Assembly (NCBI RefSeq): GCF_009914755.1
Contig: NC_060940.1
Length of the DNA: 64,000 nucleotides
Reading direction: 5' to 3' (one strand)
DNA from: the human T2T-CHM13v2.0 reference genome, Homo sapiens
In this document: in pieces, positions 14,130 to 26,937 of the stretch
How the letters are laid out: the number at the start of each line of letters is the position of its first letter
How positions within the stretch are numbered: the stretch's first letter is position 1
Translations under genes and position numbers: made by a program
Notes under the pieces: generated by a model
Seen by the model: the letters and a program-made list of their open reading frames with translations, nothing else
Told to the model about the DNA's origin: nothing
Databases searched by the model: none

Positions 14130-14280
14130 AGTTAACAATAGCAGCCAAGTTGTATGCTTTTAAGTATTTCCATGTGCCAGGTACAGTGCAAAGAACATTG
14201 TATGTATTGCCTCATTTTATGCTCCCCAAACACTCTGAAGAAGGTTTTGCAAAGCACCCTATTTCACAGAAGAGGAGACG
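14130..14280 (-). mobile_element. MIR
   Basis: atgtgccaggtacagtgcaaagaacattgtatgtattgcctcatttt...cctatttcacagaagagg. Confidence 0.75.
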
Positions 14281-14776
14281 AACGCTTCACCACGTGCATG
14301 TTCTTCTAAAGTTCACGTTCTTCACCGTCATTCTCTGTGTGGTTGCCCATGGAGTTCTCAGCAAGGAGAGCAAAATAAATCAAAAGTCCAGAGAGAAGAA
14401 GAGACATCACAGACAGTGATGGAGAAGGCCTGGCTCAGAGCTGCTGCAGACACCTTTAGGTCTAAATTCAGTCTGGGGCAGAAAACAGCTTCCTTTCCTT
14501 CTTGCGGCAGCTTGATTGGATCTCTATTCCTGGCAGCTAGGAGTCAGGAATATAGAAATCTGGAAATCTTCCTTTCAGACCCTGTTTACAAGTGATTTCT
14601 GCCGGGAGGCTCTCCCTGACTTCCTCCTTGTCCCACAGGCCAAATTGGTTCCTCCCTCCCCTGGGCCTCCCAGGAAGTCAGCTCATGCATCTTTTACTGC
14701 CTGCATCTCACTGCATTTTGATTACTTGTTTACGAATTGTTTTCACAACTAGATGGGGCACATACTCTTCTCTGTC

Positions 14777-15192
14777 TTCCCAACTTGAGGGGTATCCCAT
14801 GACCTCTCTGAGGTTCAGTCCCTCATCTTTAAAATGGGTCAATATCAGTACTTCCTTCATAAGGGGTTTGGAGGATTTGGGCAGGAGAACTCATAGAGAG
14901 CAGTGATTCTCCAACTTGGCTGCACACTGGAATCGCTGGGGCACCTTTAAAACACACAGATGCCTGCCTCCCATACCCAGACACTCCTACTCCAATTTTT
15001 TAGGTCTGGGGTGCAACCTAGGTAGCAGGTTTTTAAAGCTCTAGGGTGATTCTCATTTGCAGCTGAGTTTGGGAACCACTGTCATACAGTATTTAACACA
15101 CATTATAAGTGTACCAGAACATCTGCTGTTAGGAGGCCATGGTCCCAGCTGTACTCCACAGTGGTCAAGAGCCTGGGCACTCCAGGCCAGCT
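14777..15192 (+). repeat. Local duplication, copy 1 (MIR fragment + MER5A + MIR start)
   Basis: Aligns end to end with 16806-17196 at roughly 85-90% identity (manual alignment). Confidence 0.97.
14901..15081. mobile_element. MER5A (inside duplication copy 1)
   Basis: cagtgattctccaacttggctgcacactggaatc...ggtgattctcatttgcagctgagtttgggaaccactg. Confidence 0.85.
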
Positions 15193-15596
15193 CTATAGCA
15201 CAGAGCATATAGCACAGAGCTTAATACATAGTAGATGCTTATTAAATGCTTAGTAAATTTATTCATTACTCCAATGAATATATATTGTGCCAGGAATTGT
15301 TCTAGATCAAGAATCTACCCCAGGCGGAGAGAACGCAAGAGCCAAGGGCCTGGAGGTGTGATCACAGCCCAGGTAGGAGGCCAAAGCGGTGGGCACTGGG
15401 ACACGTGTTTTGCGATGAGGTTGAAGGGGCAGCTTAGGCCTGAGCCTGTGCCTGTCAGGGCCTGGATGCAAACCAAGGAGCTGGATCATATTCTGAGGGC
15501 AACAGAAAGGGTTATCTCCAGGTGGGGTGACACAATCCAAAGTGTGTTTTAGATCCCACAGTGAGGGAGCATAGGTTTGCTAAGATGGAAGATAGG

Positions 15597-16063
15597 GGTA
15601 CCAGGTTGAATAGGGTTTTCTCCAGATTCATGTCCACCAGAACCTCAGAATATAAGCTTATTTGGAAATAGGCTCTTTGGAGTTGTAGTGAGTCAGGTGA
15701 GATCATAATGGAGGAGGGTGGGTCCTAATCTCAACACAGAAGTCATGATAAGGAGACTGTGGAAGACACAGAGAGGCACTGAGGGGCAGGAATGCCATAT
15801 GACGGGGGGCAGAGGTTGGAGCATCGCATCTGCAAGTCAAGGAATGCCGGAGCTTGCCACCCACCAGCAGAAGCCAGGAGACAGTCATGGAACTGATCCT
15901 CTTTCCTGGAGTTCCTTCAGAGTCTCCAAAAAGCAACAAACTCAGCCAACACAACTTGATTTTGGACTTCTGGTTCCCCAAGCTGTGCGAGAATAAATGT
16001 GTGTTGTAAGCTGCCAACAAAGTTTCTCATCATGTGTTACAGCAGTAAGAGGGAACTCAAACA
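15597..16063 (+). mobile_element. MLT1C-like MaLR solo LTR
   Basis: ggttgaatag...aacctcagaatataagcttatttggaaatagg...ttgattttggacttctgg...gagaataaatg...gggaactcaaaca. Confidence 0.85.
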
Positions 16064-16805
16064 GTAGGGAGAGGTGGTCTGGGGATGATGAAAGAGGACA
16101 GGGCAGTGAGAGAGAACTGGCGAGACAGGCAAGAAGCAGGAAGGCAGAAGAGAACGAGAAGAAAATCAGACCTGGTGGCAAATGGCCCCCCCGGTGGCAT
16201 TTGGAGACTGAATAATTGCCTCAGTTCCGGCTCTCCAAGGGGAAGCTTTTCCTCAATGTCTTGGCATCTTGGAGATACTGGTCATTTTCCTACTTAGGTA
16301 TAAGAGATTGAAAGAGGAAATGACCCAAATCCCTTATGCGTAGAGGATCTTAAGCACAATCTGAGAGCTTGGGCTGCTGCATAAAGGGTGTTTGTCCTGC
16401 AGGACAGGCCTCCTCCTGAGACACAGGTGAGGGGTGAGGGTGCCAGGAGGCCACACTACTGGAGGCTTGGACGCAGAAGCCATCCTGGACCTACCCCAGT
16501 TCCACATGGACCAAGCCTTGTGAGTCACTGCAGCTTTTAAAGAAAACACATAGGTTTAACTGGATGCAATTAGAGGATTAAAACTCTAGAAGAAAAAAGG
16601 GGATGCTCACAGCAAAAGGAGTTTTGCTCTCATGGTTGTTCAAAGAAGTGGAAACCACAAGATAAGAAAAAGCTCGATTCAATTTTTATACATCCCCAAG
16701 ATGCAATGCACTCTTCTGGAAAAAGCCTCCTTGACCCACTAACAATATCCCAATAGGAAGGCATTGTGTGGTTAAATATGAGGGTTCTAGAATGTTCTGA
16801 TTCAA

Positions 16806-17196
16806 TTCCCAACTTGATGGGTATCCCATGACCTCTCTGAGGCTCAAGTCCCTCATCTTTAAAATGGGTCAATAATAGTACTTCCTTCATAAGGGGCAGA
16901 AGAATGCGTAGAGAGCAGTGGTTCTCCAACTTGCTGCACACTGGAGTCACTGGAGCATCTTTAAAACACACTGATGCCTGCCTCCCATACCCAGACACTC
17001 TAATTTATTAGTTCTGGGGTGCAACCCCAGTAGCAGGTTTTTAAAGCTCCTAGGGTGATGTGAATTTGCAGCCGAACTTAGGAAACACTGGCATAAAGTA
17101 TTTAACACACATTGTAAGCACTCCAGAATATCAGGTTTTAGGAGGCCATGGCCCTAGCTCTGCAGTGGCCAGGAGCCTGGGCACTCCAGGCCAGCT
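16806..17196 (+). repeat. Local duplication, copy 2 (probable donor; continuous with MIRs on both sides)
   Basis: Same alignment; MIR 5' part from ~16760 and a second MIR to ~17400 extend beyond the duplicated unit. Confidence 0.97.
16916..17090. mobile_element. MER5A (inside duplication copy 2)
   Basis: cagtggttctccaacttgctgcacactggagtcac...ggaaacactg. Confidence 0.85.
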
Positions 17197-18152
17197 GGCC
17201 TTGCACAAATATCTACCATGCTGTGGCTATGCACCTGCACGAGTCATTTATTACCTTCTCTGAAGTCGGTTGACTCATCTGTAAAATGGGACTAAAATGC
17301 CGACCTCATCCAGGTAAGTTGCCAGGATTAAGTGAGCCAACCAATGGATGGAAGACATTTACTGAATGTCTGGGCACACAGCATAGATTAAATACAACCT
17401 ACTGTTTGAATTAATCATTGCTTTGGTTTGAATCCTTTGGCAATCTGTGTCTTCCACAACCATGGGGCCACATGCACTGAGTCTTTACCGTGGTTTTCTT
17501 GCCCAAGAGGGGGAAAAAAAAGCACGGGATCTCATCAATGTGTGGAGAGTTAAATGCAGATTAATGCTGCTTTGTTCTTTAAATAGTGCAGAGCATATGT
17601 CTTACTCTGTGTTTATCTGCCTGTCAAAATCAATGGTGTAAATAATGAAGTCGTGTGATATTTGAATATTTCTACTGCTCATATTTTTTTCATTCTAATT
17701 AAAGCCAGAATGTTCTTTTTTAGAAATCAGTATGAATAATAAAAACCCAGCGGCCTGACTCTAATATTGTAGTTTTTGTTAAAACATTTTTTTAACAAAA
17801 GCAAAGAAGTGTGTGATGATGACCGGCTGGATGTAACCGGCTGGTTGCATAGATGATGGACCATCTCCTGGAATTCCTGACATCCAGGGCTTGCTAGTTC
17901 CCTGCCCTTCCTGGACCCTGTGTTATCAATGCTTTGCAGGGCATAGCTGTGGGCACTGATAAAAGGCATTGCTATCCTTGGGGCCAGGCTGGCTCTAAGG
18001 GTAGAGCCCCCCTCCCCGGTGAAGAAAGGCCTCCTTAGGACCCCAGGAAGTTAGAAGAACCTGAGGCACCTCTGGCCATGCCCCAGCCAGGGTGCTGCTG
18101 ATTCTACCTACCTAACCAAGGTGACCAATAGGCCTGATTCTGGAGAGAAAGA

Positions 18153-18723
18153 TGTATCATTTTTCTATTGCTGCTGTGATAAATTACCATGAACGTAGTC
18201 ACTAAAAACAACATAAATTTATTATCTCACAGTTCTGGAGATCAGAAGTCTGACCTGGGTCTCGCTAGGCTAATATTAAGGTGGTTTCAGGTTCGCATTC
18301 CTTCTGGAGGCTCTGGTGGGGAATGTGCTTCCCTGCCTTTTTCAGTTCCCGGAGGCCACCTGCATTCCTTGGCTTGTGGCTCCTTGCTCCATCTTCAAAT
18401 CAAATCACTCCAACCTCTGCTTCTATTGCCACATCTCCTCTCTCTTTGACCCTCCTGCCACTTTCTTATAAGGACCTTTGTGATTACGCTAGGTCCAGCA
18501 AGATAATCCAGGATAATCTCCCCAAGGTCAACTGATTAGTGACGTTAATGCCATCTGCAATTTAATTAACTTGCAGTATGGAAATTAAATTAACTTAATT
18601 TTCCTGTGACATATTCATTAACAGAGCATATCCCCATTCATATTTGCATACTCCTCAGGGATTAGAGCACAGATATCTTTTAGGATGTGGGGCAGGGATG
18701 GGTGCATTATCCAATCTGCTGCA
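18153..18723 (-). mobile_element. MLT1D-like MaLR solo LTR
   Basis: tgtatcatttttctattgctgctgtgataaattacca...acagttctggagatcagaagtc...ataatccaggataatctccc. Confidence 0.85.
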
Positions 18724-19039
18724 GAAGAGGAATGAGAAGATGGAGGGAGATAATATTGCCTTCCAGGACTCATGGAACTAGGTAGCAGAGACGGAGTATC
18801 CTAGAGATAGAAGTCTGATGGTATCAACATCACAGGCTTGTGGCTGAATTCTGTGCATTTGTGTCTATCTGTATGTGTGTGTGTGTGTTGCATGCTACAT
18901 TGACACAAGGCTCTCTGAGGTCCCTACCTTGGACTTGACCCCCCCATCCATAATGAATGGCAAATCTCCCACATCAGCCTGCCCTGCTCAGCTAGGCCCC
19001 TCTGTCTGGCACTCTCTTCCTCATTTTTTGCACTTCTCC

Positions 19040-19300
19040 TACTCAACCCCAAGACTAGGTTCAGATTCTCTCCCCAGTTGAGCTAGGCCAGGCATTCTCT
19101 GCCCCATTGCAGGCTTGGTTCAAGGAATACATCCTAGCCCCATGGCTCCCTGGAAGAACACATGCCTTGCTCCATTCTGATTGCCTGCAGTGTTGTCCAT
19201 CTCCCTTACTGGACTGTGGGTTCCAAAGGGCCGGGAGAGATTAATCTGCCTCTCAAGTGCCCAGTTCTTAGCATTATGCCTGCAATAGGCACTCAGTAGA
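19040..19300 (+). mobile_element. L2 3' fragment
   Basis: actggactgtgggttccaaagggccggg...cccagttcttagcattatgcctgcaataggcactcagta. Confidence 0.65.
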
Positions 19301-19339
19301 CAGACAAGGACTGACCTGGTCAAATCCCTGTGACGTTGA

Positions 19340-19573
19340 GAGGCAGTGCTCCGTGGGCGTTGGAATGGACAGACCTGCCATTGAATTCCTACTCTAGCCT
19401 TGAGTAATTATAGGAAACTTTCTAAGTGCTTTGTCATCCTGGAACCTCAGGTTTCAGATCTATCAAATGGGAATAAAGATAGCATTATGGGCTGTGCTAA
19501 GGAGGAGGTGAAAAAATTCTTTGTAAAGTGCTCATGACAAGACAACTATATATTAAGTGCTCAATTATTATTA
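19340..19573 (+). mobile_element. MIR
   Basis: aacctcaggtttcagatctatcaaatgggaataaag...tgtaaagtgctc...taagtgctcaatta. Confidence 0.75.
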
Positions 19574-20018
19574 CATCATCATCATCATCACATGTCTTGA
19601 AAGGAGGGAGCACTGCTCACCCTTTGTTAGTTAAAGATGGTTCAGTAGGGTTGGCTGGAAAAGTATTCTTCAAATTGACTGCAAAGTAGAGCTTTGGTCC
19701 CCATAATTTAGGTGATAATACTGAGGCCTAACATCATGGCTTCAGCCTAGTCAGAGGGCAAAGAAAACTGACACCAATTCCTTGGGTTGTTTTCCATTTT
19801 TCAACTAATTTTAAAAAATCAGGGGCTTGTCACTGATACGCCCCAGCCAGGGAGGGGTGTTTTTGAGGGATAGAAGAGGGTAGAAAGAACCAATGATACA
19901 GTTTCCAGAGCCCTTGAGCTAAGAAACATAACCGAGATCAAGGCATCAATAACATAGGAAGGCGGAATCATGCACCTGCTGTCTTACCTGGCTATCAGGT
20001 AGAAGGGGGTTACCAAAG

Positions 20019-20150
20019 CAGGGTGAAGATTCGTCCCAGCTTGCCCATGATGGTGCCAATGTGTGCCTGTATCCTTACTTAATTATTCATAGTCTCAACT
20101 TTTCATCTCTAAAGGATCCTAGTTGGACAATAAATTACGTGGCCACACTA
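20019..20150. mobile_element. MER94 (hAT-Blackjack MITE)
   Basis: cagggtga..tcgtcccagcttgccc...ttggacaataaattacgtggccacacta. Confidence 0.75.
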
Positions 20151-20283
20151 GTCGAAGCTCACGTGGGTTAGTACCTGCCCAAATGTAAACTTAACCCTGG
20201 CAAAGACATCATAACCAAGACCACCATTTCAACTAAAACCATAATTGTGAATAGTAATGGCAGTACCCGACACAGGTCTAGAG

Positions 20284-20481
20284 CAGTCTATTTTGCCTCC
20301 AGGGGAGAGTTGACAATATCTAGAGACATTTTTGGTTGCTCCAGGACAGGGTAGTTGCTATTGACATATAGTGGGTAGACACCAGCAATGTGGTTAAACA
20401 TCCTACAATACACAGGGCAGACCCCACCACAAAGAATGAATTGTCCCAAAATATCAGGAGTGCCACAGTTGAGAGGCCCTG
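20284..20481 (+). mobile_element. MER20 (hAT-Charlie)
   Basis: ctagagacatttttggttg...gtgggtagacaccag...aaacatcctacaatacacagggcag...gttgagaggccctg; TSD gtctagag/ggctagag. Confidence 0.88.
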
Positions 20482-20509
20482 GGCTAGAGAACATCCCTTT
20501 GTGGCTTGG

Positions 20510-20740
20510 GGTGGTAGGGTAAGGATCCGAGATCAACCATTTATTTTCAAATTCTGACTACAACTTGTGCCAGCTGGGTGGCCTTGGACCATTTCTGAAC
20601 ATCACTCTGCACAGGTTCTTCTTCATCCCATGGAATAAGGAGAATTCCAACCCCACAAGGTCTTAGGAAGATTTAGTAAACTACGCCCTGTTGTGCTCAT
20701 AGCACAGTGCCTGGCCTGGTTAAGTACTACAAACATGAGT
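20510..20740 (+). mobile_element. MIR
   Basis: ttcaaattctgac...gccttggacc...agcacagtgcctggcctggttaagtactacaaa. Confidence 0.7.
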
Positions 20741-21529
20741 TGGAGTTTATACTTCTGGGGAGCTCTTTGCTATGCATCACGTCATTTGTTTCCCAGGCTC
20801 CTCCACTCTAAAATGGGTAGAAGAATACCCCCTTCACGGGTTTCCCAGGAGGCGAAAGAGATAATCTGTGATCAAGCATCTCCTGATTGGGATCTGACTA
20901 TTCCAGACCACTCTGCAAAGTAAACAGGTCAGACATTATCTCTGCCTGCAAGGCGATTTGATAGAGACCCTATACCCGGAGGCAGGAGCCAGGACTCCTG
21001 GCGCCCAAGTTTTGGCCTTGGCCATCATGTTTGTGAAACTCCAGCAGTCGACTTTCAACCTTTTGTTATTGGGAATGAATGTTGAGAAATGGCCTGGGGT
21101 ATCTTCCGGGGAAGGAGGAGCTGCCACTCCAGGCCCAATCCTGTCCAAAGTCTGAGCAGCTGATCTGCCTGTCACAGGGAGAGGCATGATAAACACAGCA
21201 GGGCTCACACATACACAGGTGTCCAGCCCTGGGGCCACAGACTCTGTCCGCTGATAAGGAGTCTTGGCCTTGTTCTCAAGAACTTCACCAGGAAGTGGTG
21301 AGGTCGGCTCCCTTGGGGCTTTGAACCTTGCCCCTCACCATCTCCCAAGGCCCTGCTTCATTTGGGACAGGGCGTGGCGCTGGGTCCTCACTCCTGATCA
21401 GAGACCCCCTTGCTCCACTGCCTATTCTCCCGCGTGGATTTCTTTAAGCTAAGTGCATTTCTTGATTTCCTTTTTCACTCCCCAAACTACCTGTGGTGGT
21501 TAACTCTGTTTCAAATAGATTCCGATTTA

Positions 21530-21725
21530 GTTTTTCTGAGCACTTACTGGGTACCAGACACTGCCTTGCCATTCTCTCATGGAACTCTCTCCTAGACCCC
21601 ATGAACGGTCATCCACTGCCAACTCCAAACAGGAAATGCAGCTCAGAGATGTTAAGTAAGTTGCCCAGAGTCACACAGTCTTCAAGTGGGAAAACTGGCA
21701 TTTAAACCCAGGGTCTACTGAGAAT
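21530..21725 (-). mobile_element. MIR
   Basis: tgagcacttactgggtaccagacactg...gctcagagatgttaagtaagttgcccagagtcacacag. Confidence 0.85.
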
Positions 21726-22154
21726 ACACTTCATATATTTTATTGGAGCAGGGAGAGCTCCTCCCTTTAAATTGTTGCTCTTTCTACAAAATAAGCCAGT
21801 CTGGGACATTAAATTAATTAGTGGAAATGTACTCATGAACTTTAGAAAAAGAAATGATGCCAGGGTACCACTCTCACATTCCAGTGTGTACCCATACAAA
21901 ATAATAATAATGATAATAATAATAATCAATGAAATTTTCGGGCCGTGTGGTACGCAGAATACGGAGACCAGAAGGGAAGCAAAGCAATTAGTGGCTATCA
22001 TACAAGAAAGGGAAGACAGAGTCTAGGACAAGAGCTGCTGAGATGACAGCTGTGAGATGAAATGTGTATCCCCAAGTAGGAAGGGGTTTGGCTAGGGTCA
22101 TTGATGGTGGTTGGCTGCCCTGGCTCCAGGCCTGCCGCATGCCCCTGCCATCAG

Positions 22155-22505
22155 TCAGCTCATTTAATCTTTACAAAACCCTTGAAAATGGGATGCTATC
22201 ATTACCCCCATTTTATAGATGAGGACCCTGAGGCCAAAGAGGTTAAATGCCCAAAGTCACACAGCTACTAAGTGGCTAGAAACATGGACTGTGGGATCAG
22301 AAGAATGGGAGGTTCAATTCAGACTCTGTCATTCTCTAGCTGTCTGAGGCTAGCAGCTTAAGCTAGCAGAATTGCTGAATTTTTCTGAGCCTCTGTTGAC
22401 CTACCCATCAAATGGGGAGTGTGGCAGTCCTCTCTTCATAAGACCTTTAGGAAGCAAGTGAGGATTAAATAAGATCATGAGCATTTGCTTGACACAGTAT
22501 CTGAA
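22155..22505. mobile_element. Two MIRs head to head (- 22155-22280, + 22283-22505)
   Basis: cccccattttatagatgaggaccctgaggcc and ctgagcctctgttgacc..catcaaatgggg..gtgaggattaaataag. Confidence 0.75.
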
Positions 22506-23689
22506 GGACAGAAACAATGGGTAAAAAAGGCTGTTACCCAGGGTTTAAACCCAGGTGTGGGTGAGAAGGAGAGAGAAAGCGAGCAGGAGACAGATTCTGC
22601 TGGCTTGGAAATGGGGAGCAGGAAGGCCCCTGCTCTCAGAGAGTTCAGGCCCACACCTAGCCCTTTCAGAGGCTACAAGCATTCTTCCAGGGGCCTCTCA
22701 CACTTCCAGGCCCAGGTGGCCACAGGGCGCATTCCTGGAAAACACTGGGCCAGTGGGTGTGACGGGGGAGAGGTGGGGCGCTGGGTGGGGCCTGGCCTAC
22801 CTCCAGGAGCAGGGCTGGCGTGCAGGCTGAGGCCAGAGGAAGGCCAAGGTTAGCCAGCCCAGCTCCAGGGGAAAGGTTGGAGGTGCAAGGGGTGCGGTTG
22901 GATAAAGGCCAAAGGGCCCAACTGCTTGGCAGGGCAGGTTTCTGGAGCCCCCATGACTGGCACCAGACCAAGAGGGACAGGGATTCATTGGCAATGACGC
23001 TGGATTAGGACACTCTTTCCTCTTGCTCTGTGGAGGCTCTCACTGTTGTACCTGCCCATGCCTGGGTGTCCATGGGGGAAGTTCCAAGGAGTAGAGGAGG
23101 GAAACGTCTCAACCCACATCCTTCAGCTGAGCCCAGAGATCATGAATGGGGTTGAGCTGGGCACATGTGGAGGTTGTGGAGCCTTGGGAGTCCTTGCCCA
23201 CCCATAGTTACCCTGTTCTGGCATAGAGAGGGGCTGGGCCCTGGTTGTGAGCAGACCTGGGTGAAATCCTGCCTCTCTCAGAATGGATTTCAGCTCTTTG
23301 ATGTGGCAGATGACTTCACCTGCATGCCAGTTCTCTTATCTGTGAAATGGGAATAACTGCAGTAAATGCCTCATGACATCATCGCATAATAGCCAGCACC
23401 TTCTGGCATGTCGTTCAATGCACCAGACTTTCTAGTGTATCCATGTTTCCCGCTAAAATGTATGCCCATCAAAAGCAAAGACTCTGTTCCATTCAGCTCC
23501 CGATTTTCTGTAGCTAAAAGAAGCCCTGGAGCGGTATAGGGGCTCAGTGCATGCTGAGCAAATGTATGGGTAGAAATCACAAGCTCTCGCCTGGGTTATC
23601 AACCTAAGAGGCGAAGAAGAAAGGCAGCCCACAGTGCTTGAGACAGCCTCAAACGCAGAAAGGTCTCAGCATCAGGATTGCTCCAGTAT

Positions 23690-23970
23690 CCAGGGCAGTG
23701 GATCAAGTGCCCGCCCCTCACTTCCCTGCCTCTGTGCATGCCCACTGCCAGGAACACCCTCTCTGGTCAGTGCTCATCCTTCTCTTTGCCTCCCTTAATG
23801 CCACTCTTTAGGTTTCAGCCCACATTCAAGCTCTGCCAGGGGCCTTGCCTGACCCACGAGGCTGGGTTGAGTTCCTCTTCACCTCTGGAGTCTAGCAAGG
23901 CTCACACCATGGTGAGATTATTTACTTGGTCTCCTATATGGACTATGAAACTTGAGGGCAGGGATAGCAA
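23690..23970 (+). mobile_element. L2 3' fragment
   Basis: cccactgccaggaacaccctctc...ggactatgaaacttgagggcagggat. Confidence 0.65.
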
Positions 23971-24333
23971 CCTAACATAGGAAAAACATACGATCTATAT
24001 TTCTGAACAAAACAGTAAATAAGAGGGTGGCTCAACAACCAAAGGTCACCAACGACATCACAGGGACAGCACTTTGAGGCTCAGATGGATTTCACAGAGA
24101 GCCTTTCTTTGTGGCATGGATGGCTGGGGAGGGCGAGAGGCATGTCTTCCTTCCATGGTGCTTCTCTCCTGGAAAAGTTGAGAGTTTGGGCAAAGTGGAG
24201 GAGGGAAGTAATAAAACAAACTCACCTCCGTCCATGCAGTGTGGACCATGCATCACCACGTATTTCTAAAAACATTTAGAATTTGAAGAAACCCTGTGAA
24301 ACACTTTCCACCTTGATCTGTTTCCATTTTTAA

Positions 24334-24697
<364 letters not shown>

Positions 24698-26079
24698 TGG
24701 AATTATTTTTAAAGCATTTTCCCCTTGAAGAGCTAGAGAATGGGTACATCGAGGAGAGACTGATTCTTGACAGGTGTCCTGAGACCTGCACTTTACTTAC
24801 CGCATGGGGTGCCGCAGAGTCAATGAATGACACACATTGAAATGACAAGCGCTTCAATCTCTCCTTTTTTTTAAATTTTTTTTTTTGCAGCCTGAATACT
24901 ACTTATTCTTAACTGTGAGTGAGACTGGGTACGTCTCCCCAGTGGATGACAGCCGTCACAAACTGAATTTGTGAAACCCAAAAAGGGAAATCTCAGATTG
25001 ACATAGGCGTGTAAACTCAGCTTCCTGGTTTTCAGTGCCATTGAGGGGTGGCAGCTAATGAAGCAGCAAGTCCCCAAATGTATTTTTTCCCCATTACAAA
25101 TCGCTCCCCTCCTTCTCTCTCTCTTCTCCCCAGACACTTACAAATTCACTCACTCCCTCATTCTCTCCTTCAGCATGTACTTATGGGGTGTTTACAGATT
25201 ACAGATGCTGTTGGTTAGTACCTAACCACACAGGTGTCACTGTGTCACCGGGTACTGGAAGATTAGATGGTGAGTCCCACATGCTGCTCCAGTGTTCCTT
25301 CTTCAGCGTGGGTGACACTTTGGACTCAATGATCTCGAATACTCCCATATGCGGCAGTATGGCAGTAAATCCATATCATCTAGGAATCCATCAGCACTCT
25401 GAGGGATTTATCCTAGGACCCCAGGGGAGAAGGGAATGTCCAAAGGATGGAGGGGCCATTCTGAGATACTACCCTTTGAGGTGTCTCCCTATGTTCTCAT
25501 GAAGTCTGAGCAAGAGGTTCTGGGCACCTACATGGGGACATCACTTCATCCTCTGGGTGAAGAAATTCACTGACCTGAGCCTCACAGAAACAAAGTTTCA
25601 GATGATCTAAGAAATGAAGGACTCCCAGAAACCTGGAGAACAACAGGCTGCATTACAGACTCCTATTAGTTGAGAAAGTAATTTACCATCTGAGGTGACA
25701 ATGCCACTGAACAACTTTCATTGTCTATGTAAACATGGGGCATAGAAGTCACTTCTTCCTCCTTGCTCTCTTGTCCCAGGGAGGAAAGCATGGTTTTGAC
25801 CCACACCGTTTATCCCTTCAATTCGCCTTAGTGCAAAACACACAGTAAAGCTGATTTTTCCAAATAGCAAAACATTTAGGTCCTGAAGAAAGACTTCGAA
25901 TGTTCATACAGATCTAAGTTGTGACCTTAACTGTAGTAAAAAGATCCATCCTTTAGATTATCAATGATCATAACTAATAGTCACTGAGCTCTTGCATTAT
26001 CTTATTTAGTCCTCAAAACAGTGCAAAGAGAGGTAGGAGGTGCTCGCCTCATTTTGGAGAGAAAGAACTTTGGACTTCA

Positions 26080-26513
26080 GGTAGCAGATGCCACCCGTCA
26101 ACCATCTCATTTCCTCCCAGGCTTTCCCATTTCAATGCACACCATTCACACTTCCAACTGCCAGCATCATCAGTATCTCACTGCCCACGGCTTCTTTGGC
26201 TGCAGAAGCCCACTCTGTTCATGGGTGTAGCAGGCCAGAAGCCACAGAGTAGCCCTCAGCCAATGGCTGACTGGGGTTGGTGTATAAATACCCCAACTCC
26301 CTCACCTCTGAGGCTCATGCTTTACATTGCCTCCCAGAGGTCCCCAGTGAGATTACTTCCAATTGCCCACAGTGACCCATCCATGGCCTTTGGCTGTTCC
26401 CTGCTGCTTTCCCTACACGCCTGCAACTGCTTCCCAGGATCTCCTTCCAAGTCAATTACTTGCCTTCATATCCTGTCTCAGGGTCTGTTTCAGGCAGTAG
26501 CCAAACCAAGACA
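26080..26513 (+). mobile_element. LTR16-family (ERVL) solo LTR
   Basis: gtagcagatgc...ggtgtataaataccccaactccctc...ttgcccacagtg...tgtctcagggtctgttt...caaaccaagaca. Confidence 0.85.
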
Positions 26514-26554
26514 GAGTGGTCTGGCACGTCCCCAAGGAGCATAGGATTCACATG

Positions 26555-26937
26555 GTTTCTTAGTCTCTTTGGGCTGCTATACCAGGATATCATAGACTGA
26601 GTGGCTTATATCAACAGAAATTTATTTCTCACAGTTCTAGAGGCTGGGAAGTCTAAGATCAAGGAGCTGGCAGATTTAGTGTCTGGTGACACTGAATTTA
26701 GGCTGGCTTCCGGGTTCAGGTTCATAGATGGTGCCTTCAAGCCATGTTCTCACAGGGTGGAAGGAGCGACCTCCCCAGGGCCTCTTTTAGAAAGCCACAG
26801 ATCCCAAACATGAAAGTTCCACCCTCATGATCTGATCACCTCCCATAGGTCCTACCTCCAAATACCATCACATTGGGGGATAGGATTTCAACATATGGAT
26901 TTGTGGGGAGTGGGGCATCAACATTCTGTCTATAAGA
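26555..26937 (-). mobile_element. MLT1A/MLT1A0 solo LTR
   Basis: tagtctctttgggctgctatac...tttatttctcacagttctagaggctgggaagtctaagatcaagg...ataccatcacattggggga. Confidence 0.88.

Larger units (their letters stand above)
14570..15255 (+). mobile_element. L2 3' end interrupted by a duplicated segment (14777-15192)
   Basis: gggaggctctccctgac...gattacttgtttacg...tctgtcttccca [insert] tagcacagagcttaatacatagtagatgcttattaaatgct. Confidence 0.7.

Noticed and set aside
16168-16202. Two CTCF-like motifs (gacctggtggca, ccccccggtggca)
   Set aside because: Each misses key core positions; not supportable without a PWM scan or ChIP data
24801-24962. Possible minus-strand exon (donor GCG|GTAAGT)
   Set aside because: Comparable splice signals also occur on the + strand here; isolated signals are common by chance
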